DNA of 64,000 nt from the IMG/VR virus record IMGVR_UViG_3300020347_000003, positions 8,115 to 72,114 of that record; one strand, given 5' to 3'. The notes below the pieces were generated by a model. It was not told where the DNA came from. It made no database searches and saw nothing but the letters and a program-made list of their open reading frames with translations. The translations under genes and the position numbers were made by a program. Shown here piece after piece: positions 46,767-55,708 of this stretch (positions are counted from its first letter, which is position 1; every line of letters starts with the position of its first letter). Source of the DNA: a virus.

Positions 46767-48004
46767 TATTTTTGCCAGCCTTTAATGTATTTGTCTGAGA
46801 AGTTAGCAAGACTGAATTGTAGACGATCGACCAATTTAAGTGAACCTGTACCTAAATGGTCGATCGCTACGAACCCTTCTTGACCTGTCACTTCAAAACC
46901 TTTCTTAGTCTTGAGCAAAGTCCTTAAACCTCCAACAGTATCGAGTTTGGCTATTACCAACAATTTCGCATCGACCAAAATATTATATAGGGTGAACACT
47001 TTTTGTAGCTCTTTTAGATTGCGCTTGGTAAAGATTGAAAGCGCGGCATCTCGTTTTGCAGTTTGTGCATCTTTCCCTTTCTTCGTTTTTTTACTGTCGA
47101 TTTGACCTTGGTAATATTCTTCAATATCACGTTGAAGTTCGATCACAAAGCCAGCGGCATCACCGATACGGGAGCCCTGTCTGACTTTCTTGTTAATGAA
47201 TACATTGGTTCGGCTGTTTAAATCTTCATTCGTGCCGAGTTCGTTGAGTACTTTTGAATTAATAGATCTGAATAGGGTCCCAGCTTGGGACAAGAGTGAA
47301 GTGAATTCTGCAGTCTCTGTACCGGTAAATGTGGCTGTACCAGAGCGATCTTCAAATGTAGCATCTACACTCCAAACAGAATTTACTGTTTTGAGGCTTG
47401 GGACAATCGCCTTTCCAAAACTTGCTTGCATTGATTCAAAGTCTGATCCTCGGTATGTTGTGTGCCAAACCACACCAATTTTGGATCGTTTAATTTGTTT
47501 AGCAAGAGCGCTTTTCGCTGGTATCGCATAAACAATCGTATTAGGATGGAAAGTAATATGCGATTCTCCATCAATAGTTTCCGTTTTAATATCTTCTGAC
47601 GTATAGAGGAAATCACCTTGAACTACTCCTTCACTAATGCCAAGTTTACTCAACTCAGCCAAGGCGACCTTGAATTTAGCATTCAGATCACCAGATAAAT
47701 CATTATCAATTTCATCGTCTGTTTTATAAATCTTGGGAGTCTTATTAAAAACACCCTTCTTCGCAATAAAGAATTTATCATCGCTTGGATCGACTCCAGC
47801 AAAGATTGCCGGAGCCCCATCCCACTTAACCGATATTGTCACCGGTGCCGAGGCATTACCAGCCAACATATCACGAAGAGCTCGTAAATAGTTAATGACG
47901 TTTCGGGTTCCTTTTACTCCACCATCAATTACTGCATCTTCAAGATGCGTCATGTGTAGGTTCTTACCCGATGCTTCTTCCAGATATTGCCTAAATTTAA
48001 TCAT
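46766..48004 (-). CDS. DUF6267-like protein with ATP-dependent ligase-superfamily motifs, probably capsid-packaged
   Basis: MIKFRQYLEEA; KNLHMTHLED; VKWDG; QGDFLY; EGFV; KLVDR. Confidence 0.75.
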   Translation of the reverse strand: MIKFRQYLEEASGKNLHMTHLEDAVIDGGVKGTRNVINYLRALRDMLAGNASAPVTISVKWDGAPAIFAGVDPSDDKFFIAKKGVFNKTPKIYKTDDEIDNDLSGDLNAKFKVALAELSKLGISEGVVQGDFLYTSEDIKTETIDGESHITFHPNTIVYAIPAKSALAKQIKRSKIGVVWHTTYRGSDFESMQASFGKAIVPSLKTVNSVWSVDATFEDRSGTATFTGTETAEFTSLLSQAGTLFRSINSKVLNELGTNEDLNSRTNVFINKKVRQGSRIGDAAGFVIELQRDIEEYYQGQIDSKKTKKGKDAQTAKRDAALSIFTKRNLKELQKVFTLYNILVDAKLLVIAKLDTVGGLRTLLKTKKGFEVTGQEGFVAIDHLGTGSLKLVDRLQFSLANFSDKYIKGWQK

Positions 48005-49008
48005 ATCTTTTTACTTGTCCTTGACAGCTTTGCCTTCGGGAAGATACCAACACGGGCATTCTTCACTACCTGCCCTGCTGCTCTAGCATCACCTCGTCGG
48101 GCTTGATATCGAATAAAGAAATAAGCCTCATATTCGCCTCGTGGGAAATCACCATTATTACCCTTGTGAGTTGATACGATCTTATAAGGTCCGGCACCAG
48201 AACCTACCAGAGACATATTGCCTAGGTGGAATTCATCGACGTTACTAATACTGGCAGCACCACCGTATTCGGGTCCATAGATTGCTTCGAAAACAAGTTG
48301 TCGGTCCTTAATCTTACGATAGAAAGAATCACCTGATTTGAGACCATCTGGTCGGGCTGCTGCTACATCCTTCATAAAACTTTGGACATCTCTATTTGCC
48401 TTATATCGCTTAGAAGATAAACCACCATATTGTTGATAATCTTTTGCAGATTTACCAGCCTTATGTGAGATATATGCCTGAGGATCACCTTGGACATTCA
48501 CCAATGTAAAATCTGATTTTGGTTCTTTGCCTTCAAACTTACCACTTGTACTGGCAAGGTGAGCTGCATCAACTGTACGACCATTGATTTCAATTTGTAT
48601 TGAAGGAAGATTCTCTTTTGCAAGTATGACTGCCAACTTATCGTTGAAATCAGCCCTTGCAAGTTCTTCTGCACTGGTACCAGATCCTTGACCCTTACCA
48701 CCAAACGATGGAGTCTTCAAGAAGTCTTTAGGTATGACCAAAGGACCTCGGTTAGTGTTGACTGTCATTTTTGATTTATTGGCAGGAAACTTACCATCAT
48801 CGGCAGTCATGAAATCAGTAACATCTTGTAACTCAGTTACGTCAATAATGACCTCTCCGTTGTCAACAGTGGCGAAAGGTGAGGCAGTGGCCACTTTCTT
48901 AATGAAGTTTTTTGGCCGGTTCTCGTCTTTGCGGAGGTCTGGTATTGTCAATTTCCGATATGGAATTGCAGCCTCAACGAGTTGTGAGAACCTTCTAAAG
49001 CGTAGCAT
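48001..49008 (-). CDS. Putative PD-(D/E)XK-like nuclease, probably capsid-packaged
   Basis: MLRFRRFSQLVEA; E...KSD...ISHK...QQYGG. Confidence 0.55.
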   Translation of the reverse strand: MLRFRRFSQLVEAAIPYRKLTIPDLRKDENRPKNFIKKVATASPFATVDNGEVIIDVTELQDVTDFMTADDGKFPANKSKMTVNTNRGPLVIPKDFLKTPSFGGKGQGSGTSAEELARADFNDKLAVILAKENLPSIQIEINGRTVDAAHLASTSGKFEGKEPKSDFTLVNVQGDPQAYISHKAGKSAKDYQQYGGLSSKRYKANRDVQSFMKDVAAARPDGLKSGDSFYRKIKDRQLVFEAIYGPEYGGAASISNVDEFHLGNMSLVGSGAGPYKIVSTHKGNNGDFPRGEYEAYFFIRYQARRGDARAAGQVVKNARVGIFPKAKLSRTSKKI

Positions 49009-49044
49009 TGATTATCCTATTATAGTATAGACCCATATTGAATC

Positions 49045-49052
49045 TATTTATA
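49045..49052 (-). promoter_or_regulatory. T4-type late promoter TATAAATA
   Basis: Exact octamer upstream of the ATG at 49008. Confidence 0.7.
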
Positions 49053-49058
49053 ATCATT

Positions 49059-50501
49059 TTATCTTAATTCAACACTGTCGTCAAACACACTACGTCTTTT
49101 TTTACCTCTCATGCTGGAACCAATGTCAGTCTTATCGAATACAGGAGGATCGTCATTACGTTTGTATGAGGAAGAACCACCAGAATTTCCACCACCATCT
49201 ATATTGATGTTCTGCTGTGCACTTTCTTCAAGATCGTAAATCTTCATTTTGGCACGATCAATACCGACAAGGAATCGTCGATAATATCCAAGGTCACCCC
49301 ACCGATTCTTCAGCTGTTTGAGCATTACCTGCCCAAGTTCATCTAAATGTTCGGAAGTAACAATGCCGAGGATGCAATCTGCTGTATGAGTAATACCCAT
49401 TGACTCAGAAGTGTTTGTAAGATCCACGTCTGAATTACCATAGCCATCGCGATTAAACTGAGAAGAAGTGACAATCGCACAATTGAATTCCATTGCAAGT
49501 CCACGTATTTCCTCCGCAATTGATTTGACAAGTGTATATGAATTTGCTGCCGCAGCCCCACGAACTCTGGAGGATGCACAAATATTTAGATAATCAACAA
49601 ACACAACGTCAGGTACGAAGCCTTTTTTCATTCTCAATTCATTCAGTAAGTGCCTCATGTGACCAGCGTGAGCCGATCCAGTGGGGTACTCTTTAATCAC
49701 AAGTTTACCAGGAGTCTTGGTCTTGTATCTACCCATTCGTTTCTCATAAACATCTCGTGGGCAATCAGTGAGTTCATCTAGCGTGATGTCCATAATGTTG
49801 GCATCAATACGCCGACCGATTTCTTCTTCGGCCATTTCCATAGTAACATACAGCACATTCTTACCGTACATCAAATGATTGGCAGCGAAGTGGCATTTCA
49901 ATAGAGATTTACCACCACCAGTCGTGGCCAGTAATACAGTCATTGATTTGCGAGGCAGACCACCCTTGGTGATCTTGTTCAGGATATCAATATCAAAGGG
50001 AATTCTTTCCTCTTTTCTATGATAATAGTCATAGCGATCTTCAAATTGTTCCAAGAAGTCGTGACCGACACTCGAGTCAAAGTTGATGCCGAGCGAATCA
50101 GATAAGATTTTCGGTATCGAGCCTTTGTCAGTGTCTTTGTCTTGGCCATCTAAGATTAGAATAGCCTTACGTATTGAATTATACAAATCTTTGTCTTGAC
50201 AGAACTTCTCAGTCTCTGTAATCAAAAATTCATTACTCGTATCTTTGTCGACCTGTAATTCGTCAACAATACCCATCACCTGGGCATAGGTGTCTTCGTT
50301 TAGATCTTTACGCTTGTCGATGGTGAGTTTAAGAGCCTCCGTTGAAGGAGGCTCTCTGTATTGCTCAACATAATCTACAAACGTTGAAAAGACCTTTTGA
50401 AGTGCGTTTTCATCGAAATATTCTTCCTTAATGTAGGGGTATACCTTTCGGTAGTAGTCCTCATTAAGTACCAAATTCGACAGTATCGTCTTCTCTAGCA
50501 T
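49059..50501 (-). CDS. Replicative DNA helicase (T4 gp41)
   Basis: ATTGGGKS, TMEMAEE, KEYPT, VDYLNIC, AEEIRGLA, QLKNR. Confidence 0.95.
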   Translation of the reverse strand: MLEKTILSNLVLNEDYYRKVYPYIKEEYFDENALQKVFSTFVDYVEQYREPPSTEALKLTIDKRKDLNEDTYAQVMGIVDELQVDKDTSNEFLITETEKFCQDKDLYNSIRKAILILDGQDKDTDKGSIPKILSDSLGINFDSSVGHDFLEQFEDRYDYYHRKEERIPFDIDILNKITKGGLPRKSMTVLLATTGGGKSLLKCHFAANHLMYGKNVLYVTMEMAEEEIGRRIDANIMDITLDELTDCPRDVYEKRMGRYKTKTPGKLVIKEYPTGSAHAGHMRHLLNELRMKKGFVPDVVFVDYLNICASSRVRGAAAANSYTLVKSIAEEIRGLAMEFNCAIVTSSQFNRDGYGNSDVDLTNTSESMGITHTADCILGIVTSEHLDELGQVMLKQLKNRWGDLGYYRRFLVGIDRAKMKIYDLEESAQQNINIDGGGNSGGSSSYKRNDDPPVFDKTDIGSSMRGKKRRSVFDDSVELR

Positions 50502-51528
50502 CTTCAACCTCATCAGCCATTAGCAGTTTAAATTTACTTTCAATATAATTATTGAACCGAGGATCAGCAACCAGACCTTCAAAGAACTCATCGTCCTGTT
50601 CAATGTCTTTAGAGCGTCTCTTAGGTTCGATAACCTCGCCAGTATCCATGTTGACTATATTATACCATCCTTGATTGGCCTTTGTCAAGTGCCCTGATTC
50701 AAGTGCGAGTTCAAAAAGGGAAGACCATTTCTGAATACCCGAGTCATATAATACTTTAAATGGAAGTTTTGATTTCTCTTTTACATAACGAGATTTTTCA
50801 ATATTGATTGTGAATTTGAAGCCTGCAAGATCAGTACCATCTTTTTCTTGTGCCTTAGAGATAATAAAGATCTGATTGGCTGAGTAGTAAATACCAGTAC
50901 CACCGGATACAATATTCTTAGGGAACAGACCAATCTCCTTGTAGGTATGATTGATTGCGACCAATGGAATATCTTTACCTGTGACCTTGGGAGTTACAAT
51001 GCGGAAGAGTGATTTGAGTTGTTTAGCACGTGACATGTCAGCAACAGATTTCTCATTCTCAGCATCTTCTACCTCTTTACGAGAAGCCAAGTTACCAACA
51101 GAGTCTATCATAATAAAAACTTTATCACCTTTATCAATCTCATTCAATCGCTTGGTGAGGTCAAACTTGAGTTGTTCGACATCTTCAATCGGTATGTGCA
51201 ATACACGATCCGTATCGATACCAATGCCTTCAAGGTATTCAGGCGTGATACCATATTCCGAATCATACAGCATTGCAATACTGTCTTTGTACTTCTTCAA
51301 ATATGCTTTCATACAATAAAGTGACAAGAGAGTCTTGAAACTTTTTGATTCACCAGCGATGACAGTCAGACCAGGGATCAGACCACCATGAAGTGAGCCA
51401 CTGAAGGCAATATTCACGATTGGAAGTTCAGTTTGAATGGGATCTTTCTCACCGAAGAACGAAGATTTTGACAGGACCGAAGAGCCCTTGACCGAACCGG
51501 CCTTTAACATTTTATCAAGCAAACTCAT
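50464..51528 (-). CDS. uvsX: RecA-like recombinase UvsX
   Basis: AGESKSFKT, YDSE, IDSVGNLAS, DMSRAK, SGGTG, KSRYVKE. Confidence 0.95.
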   Translation of the reverse strand: MSLLDKMLKAGSVKGSSVLSKSSFFGEKDPIQTELPIVNIAFSGSLHGGLIPGLTVIAGESKSFKTLLSLYCMKAYLKKYKDSIAMLYDSEYGITPEYLEGIGIDTDRVLHIPIEDVEQLKFDLTKRLNEIDKGDKVFIMIDSVGNLASRKEVEDAENEKSVADMSRAKQLKSLFRIVTPKVTGKDIPLVAINHTYKEIGLFPKNIVSGGTGIYYSANQIFIISKAQEKDGTDLAGFKFTINIEKSRYVKEKSKLPFKVLYDSGIQKWSSLFELALESGHLTKANQGWYNIVNMDTGEVIEPKRRSKDIEQDDEFFEGLVADPRFNNYIESKFKLLMADEVEDAREDDTVEFGT

Positions 51529-51530
51529 AA

Positions 51531-51809
51531 TTAATCTCCTTTCAATATCTGATATAGCTTATCAGCAAATGCATCAAGTTTATCATAACGATCCGGCCAA
51601 TAGATGTAATCTTTTTCGGGATTCGCTTTGAGATTATTGAGCAGAGGTACGACTGCATCATAAATGAGTTGAGCCTTAGCAGCATTAGATTCAGCAGTTG
51701 CAGTAGTGGTTTCGGCCACTTGCTTTGCTTCTCTTACTACGTCTAGTTCATCAGCATCTACCGCAGTAAAGCCAAAATCAAAATCGAGTATAGTTTCTGG
51801 TTTATCCAT
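51531..51809 (-). CDS. Conserved T4-like hypothetical protein
   Basis: DFGFTAVD...PLLNNLKANPEKDYIYWP. Confidence 0.75.
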   Translation of the reverse strand: MDKPETILDFDFGFTAVDADELDVVREAKQVAETTTATAESNAAKAQLIYDAVVPLLNNLKANPEKDYIYWPDRYDKLDAFADKLYQILKGD

Positions 51810-51832
51810 ATGGATCTCCGTTATAGAAGAAT

Positions 51833-51898
51833 GGGGCAGAGGTGAGACGCGCTGTACGGACGATGTTCAACCGAGCGCTTTTAAAGCTCACTTACCCC
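51833..51898 (-). ncRNA. Long imperfect hairpin between gp32 and the next gene
   Basis: Nested stems GGGGUA/UGCCCC, GUGAG/CUCAC, GCGCU/AGCGC, CGG/CCG; no U-tract. Confidence 0.4.
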
Positions 51899-51909
51899 GA
51901 TGACCTTAT

Positions 51910-52833
51910 TTAACTTCTAGCAAGTTCTTTAAAAATTGATAGATCGTCGTCGTCATCTTCTACAACACTAGATGCCATTGGAGATTCTGCAACCGGAGTC
52001 TGGGGTTCGGCCGTAGCCAAATTGCCAAGATCTAAGTCATCAGTCGTGTCTTCCATGGGAGAGGATGCGACTGGTGCATCTGCAGTAATATCAAGTACCC
52101 GATAGAGCTTAGTCTTCAACTCGGTGTAAGACTTGAAGTTCTTAGGATCAATAACCTCGTCTAGCGAGTGTTCTTTTGACCACACTTCTTCCATTTCTGA
52201 ATCATCATCAGAGAGAGGAGTCGGTGCATCGAACTCAGACTTATCGTAGTTGGGATAACCTTCAAACTGTCGAATCTTCAAACGGAAGTTTGCGCCTTCC
52301 CAAAGATCGAATGGGTTTACTGGATCCTCATCTTCAAAGCTAGGATTCATTAAATCATTCAACTTATCAAAGATCTTTTTACCGAACTGATACATGAATA
52401 CTTTACCTTCGTTTTCGGGATTTGCAGAATCCTTCACAACGTAGATATTAGAAACATACTTGAGTCGACGTTTCTGCTTTCGGGCCTGCTCTTTGTCAGC
52501 ATCGATACCTGTGTTCCAAAGCTTAGAGTTAAACTCAGAAACAGGGTCATCGTTACCAAGAGTGGTCAGAGAGTTTTCGATGTACCAAAGGCCAGTAGGT
52601 CCTTGGAAGCCATGATCCCAGATACGAACGAAGGGCATTTCTTCACCATTTGGTGCAGGCAAGAAACGAATGATCGCGAAACCATTGCCAGCCTTGTCAC
52701 GGACAGGTTTCCAGAATTTACCTTCATTAGGATCTGAATAGCTTTTTGTTTGGATTTTTTCAAGCTGTTGATTTAGCTTGTCGAGGGATTTGCTACGGTT
52801 TTTCTTAAGTGCAGCGAAGTCTGTAGGTGCCAT
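51910..52833 (-). CDS. Single-stranded DNA-binding protein (T4 gp32)
   Basis: IRFLPA, WYIENSLTT, ANFRLKI, NYDKSEF, acidic tail. Confidence 0.95.
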   Translation of the reverse strand: MAPTDFAALKKNRSKSLDKLNQQLEKIQTKSYSDPNEGKFWKPVRDKAGNGFAIIRFLPAPNGEEMPFVRIWDHGFQGPTGLWYIENSLTTLGNDDPVSEFNSKLWNTGIDADKEQARKQKRRLKYVSNIYVVKDSANPENEGKVFMYQFGKKIFDKLNDLMNPSFEDEDPVNPFDLWEGANFRLKIRQFEGYPNYDKSEFDAPTPLSDDDSEMEEVWSKEHSLDEVIDPKNFKSYTELKTKLYRVLDITADAPVASSPMEDTTDDLDLGNLATAEPQTPVAESPMASSVVEDDDDDLSIFKELARS

Positions 52834-52878
52834 ATGATGTTTCTCCTTTGTATAGCGTTATATGCGATATATTTCATA

Positions 52879-53481
52879 TCAAATAAAGTGTTCGCGGACA
52901 ATGTCTTTGAACCTCTTTTCATCAATAGCCAGAAAGGGTCTATACTTTCTAGCAGTTCTTATTATATCACGCGAAACTATTTTGTCAACCAATATTTTGT
53001 CCCAATAACCAAAAATATTTGCGAAATGAACTAATAGAGTAAAAGTCTCTAATGAGATCTGTTTCCGCAGATACGTCGTCATCAAAATAGGATGTTGACC
53101 ATCGCGTGATACAAAATTAGCCTGATAACTATCATCAAGCTGTTTCAGATCAGACTTGAAAATGTAAGAGAGTGACTCTTGTTTTCGTTTCCAATCTACA
53201 TACACTTGTTCACCTTCGTGTTCAAGTATATCCTTTATCCAGCAGTTGGGTTTCACCAACATATTGGACATAATTCTATTGATGTAATCCTCTTTTTGTG
53301 CCAGTTTGGCAAAGAAGAATGCATCGTTTCGGGCTCTAAATGAATCCATTGAAGCCCTAACTTTACCATGGTATTTATGAAAATCGTAACCGTCTGTTGT
53401 AAAATGCTTCTTTAGAGCAAGATATTTGACGTAGGCCTCAAATGAGGCTTCATTCACATAGGTCGGTGATTGTAGGCTCAT
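52879..53481 (-). CDS. Helicase loader (T4 gp59)
   Basis: YLALKKHF..YDFHKYHGK, RND..FF.KLA, ISLET, KY.PFL. Confidence 0.9.
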   Translation of the reverse strand: MSLQSPTYVNEASFEAYVKYLALKKHFTTDGYDFHKYHGKVRASMDSFRARNDAFFFAKLAQKEDYINRIMSNMLVKPNCWIKDILEHEGEQVYVDWKRKQESLSYIFKSDLKQLDDSYQANFVSRDGQHPILMTTYLRKQISLETFTLLVHFANIFGYWDKILVDKIVSRDIIRTARKYRPFLAIDEKRFKDIVREHFI

Positions 53482-53689
53482 CTTGTTTTACCATTCTCAA
53501 ATCAATAGCTTCAGTTCTTACTTTTTCTTTCAATATCGACGACTTCTTAACGATGTCAGCGATAGATTCGATCTCAAGATTGTTTTTCTCGGCGTAGTGT
53601 ACGAGAGCATCGATGTACGGAACACCACGCGCAATCATGTTTGAGATGTCATGGTGGATCTTTTCGGGGGTCATTTTCACAACCGACAT
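53450..53689 (-). CDS. Late transcription coactivator (T4 gp33)
   Basis: YIDALVHYAE..LEIE...LKEKVRxEA; synteny gp33-gp59-gp32; AAGGAGG SD. Confidence 0.85.
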   Translation of the reverse strand: MSVVKMTPEKIHHDISNMIARGVPYIDALVHYAEKNNLEIESIADIVKKSSILKEKVRTEAIDLRMVKQDEPTITDLCE

Positions 53690-53717
53690 TAATACCTCCT
53701 TGATTTTTGAAGTGACC

Positions 53718-53746
53718 ATTATATCAGGACATGCATACAATGTCAA
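53718..53746 (-). promoter_or_regulatory. sigma70-type promoter
   Basis: TTGACA-17 nt-TATAAT. Confidence 0.85.
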
Positions 53747-53760
53747 CCAATTCCGCAAAT

Positions 53761-53795
53761 AAAAAAACGGCCTGAACATTCTCACATTCAGACCG
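53761..53795 (-). terminator. Rho-independent terminator
   Basis: GCGGTCTGAA...TTCAGGCCGT followed by a run of T. Confidence 0.7.
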
Positions 53796-53797
53796 CC

Positions 53798-53826
53798 ATT
53801 ATATCAAAGTGCTATCACTCTGTCAA
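53798..53826 (-). promoter_or_regulatory. sigma70-type promoter (tandem with 53718)
   Basis: TTGACA-17 nt-TATAAT. Confidence 0.75.
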
Positions 53827-53833
53827 GGGTTAT

Positions 53834-54007
53834 TTATAACATCGGTACCGGCTGTAGGTACATCATCAACTCTGGGTGGATCATTGGATAGCTTGCTGGA
53901 TTCATTAGGGGCATCAAGCCACCCGCAATAGAGAGCAGAAGTATCACAGACAATGCTATGATAGCAATACGATCCTCTTTTTTGGGATTTGTGGGCTTCT
54001 TCATCAT
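53834..54007 (-). CDS. Small Met-rich single-TM protein (57 aa)
   Basis: Manual translation MMKKPTNPKKEDRIAIIALSVILLLSIAGGLMPLM...; ATGA overlap. Confidence 0.5.
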   Translation of the reverse strand: MMKKPTNPKKEDRIAIIALSVILLLSIAGGLMPLMNPASYPMIHPELMMYLQPVPML

Positions 54008-54138
54008 TGGGCTGCTGCCATTGCAATGATAACAAAGGGTAAGGCTATGGGCAAGGTTACTGCCGACGTGAGGTAGACTGCATCACAGAAAAAACATACC
54101 TTGTCGTTACGGCGAAGGTTAGATATAAAACTGTTCAT
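54004..54138 (-). CDS. Small single-TM protein with CxxC (44 aa)
   Basis: Manual translation MNSFISNLRRNDKVCFFCDAVYLTSAVTLPIALPFVIIAMAAAQ; AGGAGG SD. Confidence 0.55.
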   Translation of the reverse strand: MNSFISNLRRNDKVCFFCDAVYLTSAVTLPIALPFVIIAMAAAQ

Positions 54139-54354
54139 GACCCTCCTGCTCCATTCGGCTACACGCTATAATAAGATTTTTCATCTCAGAAAAACTCCTT
54201 TCATTTTGGGGGATTTAAGGTTGTAAAAGATAGTATATTGTTACAAAAGGTAACAATCTTTCATTTTACGATATTATATATACAGCTAGGTCGTCAGGAT
54301 GCGTTATTTCTTTCATTTATTTTTGTCATACATTGTATTACATAGCGGAATGTG

Positions 54355-55059
54355 TTAGTCAACTGGATATGGCTTTAACTCTTCGAACAGTACATCATTC
54401 ACATATTGATTTATTTTATCTTCGTCCAGGTTCATTGCCCTGAGCGAATTCCACAGCTGTTTATTCTTCTTCTGATTGATGCAATAGTTATTGTGCCAAT
54501 GAATATGATCACCACCATTTGCCCAGAAGTTTTCGTGTTCAATCTGCTGGAGATAGTAGGCAATCAATTTTAATGCAACTTCACAAAACTGCTCTGTCTC
54601 TTCGCCCTCACGAACATTTCCTGCTGCAACCATATGAGGTGAAAATATCTCTTTGGCCCAGTCGGGTAACTCTCGTTCTTTCTTCCACACCAGATCTCTG
54701 GTAGCAAGACCAAAGGTAGTAATAATCGGATGTGTTTCATCGGACACGGGAGAAAAGTCAAAAAAGGAGCCACTGATCTTGTTAGGTCCTGCAACAACAT
54801 CTAGCCCCAAAATGGGGTAATGCATTAAATTGCTTGGGAAGATGTTAATGTGAATCAACCACAGTTTTGGTTTGCCTTCAATCGGCTCTATTATTTTTAG
54901 GTGTGCCTTACGAATAGGACCTGAGGTCCAAAACAGATCTGTCCAACCTTCAAACTCATTGATATGTCTTTCATTATCAAATCGGTCTAGGTGGCTATCG
55001 AAAAGGTTGATAATTTTGTCCGACAGCTCTCGTAACGTATTCAGTAGTGGTGTGTCCAT
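54355..55059 (-). CDS. Ferredoxin-dependent bilin reductase (PcyX/PcyA-like)
   Basis: RKAHL, HINIFP, PILGLDVVAG, FFDFSP, RELPDWAKEIFS, YCINQKKN; downstream of heme oxygenase. Confidence 0.88.
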   Translation of the reverse strand: MDTPLLNTLRELSDKIINLFDSHLDRFDNERHINEFEGWTDLFWTSGPIRKAHLKIIEPIEGKPKLWLIHINIFPSNLMHYPILGLDVVAGPNKISGSFFDFSPVSDETHPIITTFGLATRDLVWKKERELPDWAKEIFSPHMVAAGNVREGEETEQFCEVALKLIAYYLQQIEHENFWANGGDHIHWHNNYCINQKKNKQLWNSLRAMNLDEDKINQYVNDVLFEELKPYPVD

Positions 55060-55073
55060 AATATATTCCGTGG

Positions 55074-55622
55074 TTAATCAGTTGTGGCGAAAAGTGTGTC
55101 CAACTCTTCAAATAATTTTGTTGCGTATTGAAAGCAAATAATTGCTTCGTCGACCATATCGTCATACAGTAACTCTCGAATACCAGAAATCAACTCTCGT
55201 CGATTCTCAAATTCATACATTGAACCCGAACCTGGTACTCTCTTTTTGATAATCTGACCACCGTGCATATCACCGAAGTGTCTGACATAAAGGTGAGCCA
55301 TTAGATCGTCATTATCTTCCAGATTTAAAATGTGATCAATGTATTCATCAACCGATCTTAAATTTTCAGAGATCCATGTAAGATTATAAGACTCTTCCAA
55401 TTCACACAAATCTGCCAAGATTTTCTCTGCTCTAAAAACACCGGTCAGTTCCTGTGCCAGATGAACACGCTCTTCAAGTACCCGGTATATTTCATATTGA
55501 GACTTCAAATAATACTGATATGCAACTGGAGTAATATCCCCACCAATCAGCATTCCGGCGAACCTTGATTGTTCGGCCATATCGTGGTGTTTCTGAGTTA
55601 GTTCTTTTAGACTAGTAGCCAT
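55074..55622 (-). CDS. Heme oxygenase
   Basis: LKELT..HHxxAE (proximal His), YVRHFGDMHGGQII; GAGGAG SD. Confidence 0.92.
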   Translation of the reverse strand: MATSLKELTQKHHDMAEQSRFAGMLIGGDITPVAYQYYLKSQYEIYRVLEERVHLAQELTGVFRAEKILADLCELEESYNLTWISENLRSVDEYIDHILNLEDNDDLMAHLYVRHFGDMHGGQIIKKRVPGSGSMYEFENRRELISGIRELLYDDMVDEAIICFQYATKLFEELDTLFATTD

Positions 55623-55708
55623 AGCTCCTCTCATAATTATTAGGGGGCCTTTTGGAAAGGGGGAAGACCATAACCCTGTAACGAGACTACGAGTGCCTCG
55701 AGTCAATT

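Noticed and set aside
53823-54035. 70-aa ORF from the track
   Set aside because: TTG start without SD; two overlapping frames with SD/ATGA coupling and TM segments explain the region better
54355-55622. Cyanophage assignment based on ho1/pcyA-like genes
   Set aside because: No psbA, hli or other photosynthesis genes in the window; ALAS and AOX (rather than PTOX) point to a heterotrophic proteobacterial host
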